Notes under the pieces: generated by a model | The model's database searches: none | What the model was told of the DNA's origin: nothing | The model's input: only the letters and a program-made list of their open reading frames with translations | Virus record (IMG/VR): IMGVR_UViG_3300009773_000011 | Coordinates: 1 to 24,215 of that record | DNA length: 24,215 nt | Origin: a virus | Lineage: Duplodnaviria; Caudoviricetes | Reading direction: 5' to 3' (one strand) | Translations under genes and position numbers: made by a program | Part shown: one piece after another, positions 13,613 to 21,500 of the stretch | Layout of the letters: each line of letters begins with the position of its first letter | Position numbering within the stretch: position 1 is the first letter of the stretch

Positions 13613-14059
13613 CTTTGTTATCTCCTTGATTATGGGTTCTACTACCACAGGCTCCAGTTTCACCCTCTCCGCTTCGACAAGGGTTGATATCTCTGTCGGT
13701 ATCTCCTTGCCTGTTTCAATCTTGTCCTTGAGGGCGATGATGGTCTTGATAAGGTTCTCGCTGTCAAGGATGGAGGATTCTCTCGCAACCACCGGAACAG
13801 GTATCCACGACTCCGTCGCCTCGTCCCAATCGTGGCTATAGTCAGGTCGCTCGTAGAATGCCTTCGCCTTAACCGTCCACGCCCCGTCAACCATGACGGG
13901 AATATGGAGGTCATCGACTTTCGGTAAGGGGTGCTGTTCCGCAAAGACACACCCCTTCGGAGGTTGAAGGTCTTCTAGTTTCACATCCACATCGGAGTGA
14001 GAGTAGAAAGACTCAATAAACCTCCCGTCCTTGCCGTACTTGTGCAGAAGAATATCCAT
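13610..14059 (-). CDS. Hypothetical protein, possibly tail-fibre assembly chaperone-like
   Basis: TAATG start at 14059; follows tail-fibre genes; PVMVDGAWTV and WDEATESWI motifs. Confidence 0.55.
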   Translation of the reverse strand: MDILLHKYGKDGRFIESFYSHSDVDVKLEDLQPPKGCVFAEQHPLPKVDDLHIPVMVDGAWTVKAKAFYERPDYSHDWDEATESWIPVPVVARESSILDSENLIKTIIALKDKIETGKEIPTEISTLVEAERVKLEPVVVEPIIKEITK

Positions 14060-14724
14060 TAGAATGCACACCCCATTCCTATGACATTATTGACAGTCTC
14101 CACATACGGTCTCAAGGCACAGGTGCATCCTACCCAATCATCAGAACCAGACCCGCCAAATGCTCCGGGGTCTACCTCTCCTGTATTCTCCCAAAGTTTA
14201 TATGCAACCATCGCAGTGCTATAATTTGAGCCGTTACTCTCGTAGTGTGATTTAATCATTGTGAATCCACTCGGAGCAGAAGGACTAGACACAATGTCAT
14301 CATCAAGGAACCCCATTGCCAGTATCATTGCTCCGTTTGTCTCTGGTGTAATAGCAGGGGCATTTGGCATTCCCGACGAACCTGTGGTTTTGGTCGGTAT
14401 TGAAACATCCAGAACATTGGATGGGTCAACTCCTCTAACGGCGAAGCAAATGCCACATGTATATTGAGCATACGTATATGTCAACTCAACTTCCGTAATG
14501 GGCGTTGCCCCCATTACTTTGTAAAACCATCCAAAATCTACGGCAGAAGAACCCCCCCTCCCAGTCTGTCCTACTTCAAATCCAGTGGGGGCCTGTGGTG
14601 TAGTGTTCCAATCGCTAAAAAGCATAACAAAAACCACATCATTTTCCTGTAACCCTGATGGTACGGACATTGTTGTTCCAGATGAACCCTTAGTCGTTGG
14701 TGTTCCGACAAGAGAGATAGCCAT
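14059..14724 (-). CDS. Beta-rich virion/tail-associated protein, 221 aa
   Basis: TAATG-coupled to the tail fibre; two similar halves (APTGF / APSGF); S/T/G-rich; lower GC. Confidence 0.6.
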   Translation of the reverse strand: MAISLVGTPTTKGSSGTTMSVPSGLQENDVVFVMLFSDWNTTPQAPTGFEVGQTGRGGSSAVDFGWFYKVMGATPITEVELTYTYAQYTCGICFAVRGVDPSNVLDVSIPTKTTGSSGMPNAPAITPETNGAMILAMGFLDDDIVSSPSAPSGFTMIKSHYESNGSNYSTAMVAYKLWENTGEVDPGAFGGSGSDDWVGCTCALRPYVETVNNVIGMGCAF

Positions 14725-16511
14725 TAGACTTCCTCCCCCACGCTACCCCAATAGGTAGTGCCATCGTAGAAGAAGGAAACAATGTAGTTTGCGGAATCCG
14801 TGGCGAAGTCCGGCGTTGCCCCCAACCATGTTACGGCGGCAGGCCATGTTATCGTTACCGCCGATGAGTGCTGTGTTATTTTGAGTATCAGCGAACAAGC
14901 ACCGCCGGGAGCCGTGAAGGTATAGGTCGGGTCAGTGGTCGGCGCAACCGTCTGCTTGTTCCCCTTGCGCCAGTCGATAGTTGTTCCGGTGGTGTTGTTG
15001 ACCAAGGTAAAGTGGGCATTGTTGGAGTTGAAGTCCACCTGTTTGTTATCCGTGCCGAACTCATACGTTGCTGATGCCGTCTGCGTGAACGTCTTCCCGT
15101 TGACATCAAGGTTCCCACCGAGTTGCGGAGTGGTGTCATCAATAACATCGAAGGACTCAAGGTAGGTTCCCTCATGGTCGTGGTCTATAGGCGAGTAGTC
15201 CTCATTGTGGTTATGGCTAATATCCGCATAGTCCTCATCGTGGTCATGCTCTATGTCGGCGTAATCTTCATCGTGGTCATGGGCTATCGCTGAATATTCC
15301 GAATCATGGTTGTGATCTCCCTGAGCAACCTGAGAAGAGCCCGTCCCGACATCACCATTACCGTTAAGGTTCTCATAAGTCACATCGCTCGAGGTTATGT
15401 AAGTGGCAGAGTGCTTGTCATTTCCATGACTCGTAGGTGTCCTCGCATCAGACAGTCTCGGATCATTACCCTGACAGACATCGCCGGCCGCTGTGCCAAA
15501 GTCCTTATTGAATGCTGTCCCTTTAGTGGAAATGACAGGCTCGAAGTCCGCAACCTTGCTCCCGGAATCCTGAATGATCTTGCCGGACGTCCCGGAGAAT
15601 GTGGCAAGGTTCCCGGCGGTCGCACCTTCGGGGCCTACTACGTCGCCGGAACCTTCGCCCGACGCCCCTTTGATGTTTCCCTGCAAACTCCATTCCCCGG
15701 AGATCTTCTTGAATACATCCCACGAGGTGGTGTTAAGGTAGAAGTCCCCGTCTTTGCCTTCTGTGGTCGGGTCAACTGCGTCGGACAGGATGGTAGCCCC
15801 GTCAGTTCCGTCCGCTCCGGCATCCCCATCGTCACCAATGAACTTCATGGCACCTGACCATGTGGATTCCCCATCGGTGGACACCCTGACATACAAGTCG
15901 CCTTCTGTGTAGGTCTCATGCCACAGGGTTGCGCCGTCGATGGAGTAGTTTAACACCACTTCAGGAGCGGAATCACCTGTGGCCCCCGTTTCTCCTGTTG
16001 CCCCCGTGTCACCCTTGAGTGTAGTCACCGCATCCGCAAGGGTTACAGTGTTTGCGTCATCCTTGGTGAATACTATGTCGGAGCCAGAGAAGGCGGCGGA
16101 TATTATGGAGGCTCCCGTAGCACCGTCAGTTCCGTCCGCTCCGGCATCCCCCTTGAGCGTAGTTACGGCTCCTGTCAGAGTGACGGTAGAAGCATCAGAC
16201 TTGGTAAAGACAATATCTGTTCCCACAATGGCAACGGAGGCAATGGTCGCTCCAGTAGCCCCTGTTTCTCCGGTTGCCCCCTGTTCACCCTGTTCACCAC
16301 GGATATACCACGCCGTCCCCCACGTGGTTCCTTCGTCTGTAGAGAAGCGGACATAGTAGTCATTAGAGGTAGGGGTAGTGTGCCAGGATTCCCCATCAAC
16401 GGAATATTCGACCTGTACCTCCCATCCACGAGGCCCCTGCAATCCGGGAGAATTGGACGGCCTTATGACAGGCGTAGGACTCATTATGGCTTTGATTACA
16501 ATGTCGCTCAC
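14724..16511 (-). CDS. Tail fibre protein with collagen-like and HxH repeats
   Basis: G-X-Y runs (GEQGEQGATGETGATG), two duplicated blocks, GKDGDFYLNT motif and five HxH 11-aa repeats. Confidence 0.85.
   Translation of the reverse strand: MSDIVIKAIMSPTPVIRPSNSPGLQGPRGWEVQVEYSVDGESWHTTPTSNDYYVRFSTDEGTTWGTAWYIRGEQGEQGATGETGATGATIASVAIVGTDIVFTKSDASTVTLTGAVTTLKGDAGADGTDGATGASIISAAFSGSDIVFTKDDANTVTLADAVTTLKGDTGATGETGATGDSAPEVVLNYSIDGATLWHETYTEGDLYVRVSTDGESTWSGAMKFIGDDGDAGADGTDGATILSDAVDPTTEGKDGDFYLNTTSWDVFKKISGEWSLQGNIKGASGEGSGDVVGPEGATAGNLATFSGTSGKIIQDSGSKVADFEPVISTKGTAFNKDFGTAAGDVCQGNDPRLSDARTPTSHGNDKHSATYITSSDVTYENLNGNGDVGTGSSQVAQGDHNHDSEYSAIAHDHDEDYADIEHDHDEDYADISHNHNEDYSPIDHDHEGTYLESFDVIDDTTPQLGGNLDVNGKTFTQTASATYEFGTDNKQVDFNSNNAHFTLVNNTTGTTIDWRKGNKQTVAPTTDPTYTFTAPGGACSLILKITQHSSAVTITWPAAVTWLGATPDFATDSANYIVSFFYDGTTYWGSVGEEV
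15161..15315 (-). repeat. 33-bp (11-aa) coding repeat x5, consensus HDHDEDYADIx
   Basis: HNHDSEYSAIA HDHDEDYADIE HDHDEDYADIS HNHNEDYSPID HDHEGTY. Confidence 0.85.
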
Positions 16512-16523
16512 CCCGTCACCCCC

Positions 16524-16871
16524 TTACGCTCCATTAATGTCAACCACGGGGAAGTCGCCCGTCATGATGAGGGACACATCGCTATCAGGGTCGGTCAGTT
16601 CGATGATGTACTTCTTTTTCCCCACGGACAGGTTGCCTTGGTCGTCACTTGCGATAACGATAGCCACCGTGCCGTCATCACCAAGGGTTATGTCGTCATC
16701 GCCGGAAGTCCACGTATCAAGGACAGCGGAGTCGTAGGAGTCCATGACCTTGAGCGACATAGAGTAGCCGGTGAAGTCCAATCCCGCCCCCGATACCTCG
16801 TAGGTGAAAGAAAAGTCCCAGTCGTAGCCGAGAATCAGCGGAGGCAAGGTGTAACGTGCAGGGTAGAGCAT
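16524..16871 (-). CDS. Small virion adaptor-like protein (BppU-N-like)
   Basis: GYDW.FSF...LDFTGY...GTVAIVI...KYIIEL...G.F.V pattern, directly upstream of the tail fibre. Confidence 0.55.
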   Translation of the reverse strand: MLYPARYTLPPLILGYDWDFSFTYEVSGAGLDFTGYSMSLKVMDSYDSAVLDTWTSGDDDITLGDDGTVAIVIASDDQGNLSVGKKKYIIELTDPDSDVSLIMTGDFPVVDINGA

Positions 16872-16890
16872 TTACACCACTCCCTTTCAA

Positions 16891-16913
16891 TTAAAAAGCC
16901 CCCTTTCGGGGGC
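16891..16913 (-). terminator. Intrinsic terminator
   Basis: GCCCCC-GAAA-GGGGGC followed by TTTTTAA. Confidence 0.85.
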
Positions 16914-16922
16914 AGTCTTGAA

Positions 16923-17237
16923 CTATTCCACGTCACTCTCCATCGCCTCCCAATCCTCCGGTAAACCCTCGCCCCATGCCAGCCTGCCGTCCTTGAAAAA
17001 CTCTGACCAATACGCTTCGAACTCTGCCATGTCCTCGTCACTCCAAGGGTGGCATTGGACGTATCGCCCGAGTTTGTCACAAGGTGCGGACACAACAGGG
17101 GCTTTCGTCAGTTCTGCCTTGATAGGAACGCCCTTCTCGTCACGGACGAAATCACCCCGAATGTGGCAAGTCCCGATGAACGGGGTTTCCTCCCTAACGC
17201 TGTCGAAGGTCGCCTTGTCCCTGTAAATCAGTATCAT
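16923..17237 (-). CDS. Hypothetical protein, 104 aa
   Basis: ATG at 17237 after GGGGTG; ends GLPEDW before a terminator. Confidence 0.7.
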   Translation of the reverse strand: MILIYRDKATFDSVREETPFIGTCHIRGDFVRDEKGVPIKAELTKAPVVSAPCDKLGRYVQCHPWSDEDMAEFEAYWSEFFKDGRLAWGEGLPEDWEAMESDVE

Positions 17238-17361
17238 CCTTGCCACCCCTTTCCGCATCAAAGGCGCGCTGAATCAGTGCTTGCCGTTTCGTCTCCCGGT
17301 CTTTGACGAGTCTAGGACGCTTCTCGAACTGCGCCATCAACTCTGCTTTCATTTCGCTCAT
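17194..17361 (-). CDS. Possible 55-aa ORF
   Basis: ATGA overlap with the LamG gene stop; MSEMKAELMAQFEKRPRLVKDRETKRQALIQRAFDAERGGKDD...; fills the gap between genes. Confidence 0.5.
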   Translation of the reverse strand: MSEMKAELMAQFEKRPRLVKDRETKRQALIQRAFDAERGGKDDTDLQGQGDLRQR

Positions 17362-18098
17362 GCGAGTGCCACCCCCCGTGAGGCGAGTAGGGACTTAACC
17401 GCCCAGTATGCCCTCATGTATTCCGCGTCGGTTAACATGCGGTTGAACATCTGGGAGTAGTAAAAATTCCCTTTGAACAACCGGAATTGAGCGCTTATAG
17501 GGTCTCTGAAACTGGCCCCGATCCGAAGCCCTGCTGTCCATCGAGTATTGGATGTAACTACGGGAATAGTCTGCACCATCGCCCCGCCCAGCATCCGATC
17601 TATTGCTGTACCGAATCTCATGCCCACTACTACAGGTGTATTTATCGGAAACACTGTGTCTGTCACAGGCTTATCAGGCGTCGATTCGTACGCGTTAGAA
17701 ACGAGGTATAGCGTTCCGCTTGTGACGTACGAGCCTAGAACGTACCCCTTCCCAGTTGAAAATCCGATATCCGATGCAACAATATGCGCTGCCCTTGTCT
17801 CTGCTAATTTACACGCCACCAGCCATGTGAAGTGGGCTGTTTTTGTCACTGGGCACTCAACGTAATCGTCTGTGCCATCAAACACCAGCGCATTGTCACT
17901 CCACGCAGGGTCGTTGCTGTCCTCGCCCGACGTGGAGCCGAGTTGACCGTGGTTGCCACGGCCTGAGAAATCCGTCAGCACCTGCCCCGTAGTGCCGGTG
18001 GCAATCTGCCTGCCGGGGTCGTATATGGCCACCGTGCCGGGGATGGAGAGGATTTGGCGGAAGGGGGAAGCACGTAATTTATGCCTTCTCACGAACAT
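17358..18098 (-). CDS. LamG/concanavalin A-like domain virion protein
   Basis: DFSGRGNHGQL, LVFDGTDDYV, LRIGA, FKGNF..MFNRMLTDAE. Confidence 0.8.
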   Translation of the reverse strand: MFVRRHKLRASPFRQILSIPGTVAIYDPGRQIATGTTGQVLTDFSGRGNHGQLGSTSGEDSNDPAWSDNALVFDGTDDYVECPVTKTAHFTWLVACKLAETRAAHIVASDIGFSTGKGYVLGSYVTSGTLYLVSNAYESTPDKPVTDTVFPINTPVVVGMRFGTAIDRMLGGAMVQTIPVVTSNTRWTAGLRIGASFRDPISAQFRLFKGNFYYSQMFNRMLTDAEYMRAYWAVKSLLASRGVALA

Positions 18099-18109
18099 GG
18101 CAATCCCCC

Positions 18110-18505
18110 CTAGAGTGCTACGAGTTCCGCTTCAATAGTCCTGTCGGCAGCCTCACTTGATCCCATTGCCAGTTTTACGTACTTCAGACCGGACAACGCT
18201 TCCGCATTGGCATCAATACTAATGAGCCTTGCCGCTGCTACGGTCTCCGATACTGCGGCGTTGTTGGCGTAAACGGCGTTGAATGTGCCGGTAGCCGTCT
18301 TGCATTCCCTGAACGTGATCGTCGTACTCGTCAAAGCGGCAGGCATACGCAAGGCCGCTATCCTGTACCCCGAACAATCCACCGCATCGGACAGGTCATC
18401 ATCGTCTGAAATGTCGATGGTGAAAGTGACCGTCTTGTAAGGCACCCAATCTTTCAGCGTGGAACCGTCCTCATCCCTGTATCTCACATGTTCCTTAGCC
18501 ATCAT
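18110..18505 (-). CDS. Hypothetical virion-associated protein, 131 aa
   Basis: AAGGGGG RBS; LSDAVDC.G..IAALRMPAA.T pattern; located among structural genes. Confidence 0.65.
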   Translation of the reverse strand: MMAKEHVRYRDEDGSTLKDWVPYKTVTFTIDISDDDDLSDAVDCSGYRIAALRMPAALTSTTITFRECKTATGTFNAVYANNAAVSETVAAARLISIDANAEALSGLKYVKLAMGSSEAADRTIEAELVAL

Positions 18506-18537
18506 AAAAACCCCCTTCTAGAGTCTTCTTGACCCAA

Positions 18538-18562
18538 TAAAAAAGCCCCTCCGAAGAGGGGC
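18538..18562 (-). terminator. Intrinsic terminator after the giant gene
   Basis: GCCCCTC-TTCG-GAGGGGC followed by TTTTTT. Confidence 0.9.
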
Positions 18563-18585
18563 CTCGCTTGTTTTGTTGTGGTTGC

Positions 18586-21500
18586 TTACTTCTTGCGCCA
18601 GTAAAGAACATCCGATACTCTGAAATCCTTGTCGTCCCGCCACCAATCGTATAACCCTTCCGCCGTGATCTGTGTCTGTCTTGACGGGAACGGGGTGATG
18701 TAACCCGCCGCTTCGTAACCTGACTTCAGAATGTCAAGCCACTCGTCAGAATCATCCCACTCTATGACGGCCTCCTTAACGTCCTTTATAAGGTTGCCCA
18801 GGCTTTTGGTGACTTCCGACACAGGAGTGAACCTGTAGTTGTAATTCAGCAAGGCATAGGATGAAATATCTCTAACGCCCACTACCGGGGAAGCGATGTA
18901 CCCCAACATTTCAAGAGCCGCCCAGGTAAGCGGGTCTTCGTCATCATCCGGCCCCCTCATGGTCATAAGTTCACCCAACAGGGCGGGAGCGATAACCAGA
19001 TAGAAAGCCGCCGCCGCAACCTTCATGGGCTGTACACCCTTCAATTGGGCATACTTGACCTCTGAATACATGAGGTTATAAAGGACGCTGAAGAAGGAGT
19101 AATACATGGTGAACAGTTTCTGAAACTCCCCGAACTGGTCGCCCCTCTGGACTGCCGCCAATGAATAGGTATGTCCTGATCCCTGTGACTTCCTGACCAT
19201 CCCGTCTGCGTATGCCACAGCCCTGTCGCCGGATATCCCCTCACTTAAGGCTTTGGTATAAGCGGCCTGCCATGTCGGGACCGATACCATCATGTCAGCC
19301 CAACCTATGGCATGGAGTGCCGCCACGTTGACCTTCCTGACCAGTCCGTCCCTGCCTATCATCCTTTCAAGAGCATCTTTGGCATCCCTGTCGAACCCTT
19401 CCTTACGGTGTCTCATGAAGTCCGATTTAGACAGGGTATCGTTCCACATATCTTGCGGGTTGCTCATGAAATCGACGAGGGATATAACCATCTGCCCCGT
19501 GCCCACAAGGTGAGCCGAAGTGAAGTAACCCAGGAACTGCGCCACGATAACGGATGCTTTGAACCCCATAGCAACTATCGTCGCTCCGTATCGTGCCTTC
19601 TTGATGGCGGCGGCAAAGGGGTCAAAGAGATCCCGTCTTGTTGACGCAACCGCCTTGTGCCATGAAACGAACTGTCTGTACCCGTCCAGACCGAAAGCGT
19701 CTATAACGGCATCCCTTACCCTGTCGTGCCTGAGTATCTTCCCTATGTCTATGACTGCCTTCCGGAACGCAAGGTCGTGAAGCATGTCTGCAAGGTGTCT
19801 GTTGAGAACGTTGAACCCCAACCTCAAGGGAAGTCCAGTTGTTTCAACCGCTTCCTTCGTGTGCCCCTGATTCGTGTGTCCGAAAGCGGAATACCCCTTG
19901 TTGAAACTCTCATGCAGTTTCTTGTCGGACAGTTGAGCCGCCTTGAATGACTGGTTGCTGTCATACGCTATGGGGTAATACCCACCCCTTAACACTCCGT
20001 ACTTCGTCTTTACGGGAAGTACTTCCTTCTTTCCCGGGCGGAATCCCGCCGTTTCGACGTGCAATTGTTCAATGGCAGGCCAGAATGTCTCAAGGTGGTC
20101 CCATATATCCTGAACGACCTGCCAGTCCCGTTCATCCAGAATATCAAGGACTTCCCATACCTGCCGTTCCGTCCATCCCCATGTACCTTTGGGATTCAAG
20201 ACCCTCTCCCTGTTCTCTTTCGCTCCCATGTTCAAAGCAAGGGTAAGAACATCCTCTTTGGTCAACTCCTGCCCTATCGCCGCAAAGTGCCGTCTCCGAT
20301 GCTGCAGGTCGTGCCACTCATCATCCGAATAGACGGACAATATCTCGCGGAGTTTCCCGTAAGCCTGTTCCTTCAGAAGGGTCTCCGTCTGGTCGGCATC
20401 GACGAACACCTGATGAATGTACTCCTGCCACGGGCCTGTATCCTTGAAATCATCAAGTACCCTGCAAAGGAACTCAATCTTCAGGTGCCATGCGTTGAAT
20501 GCGCCCAGCCAGTCTTTTAACTGTTGCCCTTTCGCAGGATGCAATGGACGCTTAGGTTTGCCCTTTTCCCCTATCGCCTTTTCTTTTGAGGCCACAAGCA
20601 TATCTACCGTAGCCTCAAGGTCTCTTGCCGTCTTGCTTGTGAGAAGTTTTCCCTTCAAACGTCCCAGGTGGATGATGTTCGCCACGGCATTCGCAAATTC
20701 ATGCAGTTCCTGAACGGTCATATCCTTTACATTGGTCTTGTATGACTCCTGCCTTAACCGTTCCGGAATAGCCGCTACCAGACTCTCGTCTTCCTGTCCG
20801 GAGATCCATGCGCTCAACTTCTTTATCTCACTCAGTTTTTTGTCGGACAAACGTTTCATTGACACCCTTGCGAACAAAGCGTCCAACTGGTCAAGGTATT
20901 CTATGGGCAATCCTTTGGGAGGTTTCTTCTCTAACCCCCTTAGTTTCTTGGAAATCTTGTCGATAGCCGCCTTTTCCTTCATAACCGTTATTGCCATCTG
21001 GTGATTGACCAACTGCTGTTCCTTGAATCCAGCCGCCGCTTCATAGTCGCCCTTCTCCATTGCCCTGAACGCATCCCTGATAGCCTTCTGCTCAAGGCGG
21101 AAGTACCTTCCCACATTCAGTTTATCGGGGTGCATGGAGGCAACCGCTGATTCTATGGCAAGTCTTACCGCTTCCTTGCGCCTTAGCGCATCTGCCCTTT
21201 CTATCTTTATATTGTCCTTTTCAACACCTTGCGCTATCTGGCGGAGAATGCTTATCTCCGCAATGATGGTATCAATACGTGTCCCGTTCCTTATCTCACG
21301 TTCCGCCTGACCAGCCATGTCTCCGCCCTCTATCATGGCATTCCAGTCAGATACCCTTGCTTCGGTCAGTTCCTTGATCTTCTGTCTTTTAGGCTGTGCT
21401 TCCAGAATATCCCTTATCATCTGTTCGCCGGAATTGTAGCCAAAGAACTCCGCCGCCATGTCAGCGTTGTACGCTCCCTTTTGGGACATTATCTTTTTCG

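Noticed and set aside
17358-18098. LamG-like gene as a diversity-generating retroelement target
   Set aside because: No reverse transcriptase and no template/variable repeat pair is visible in the window.
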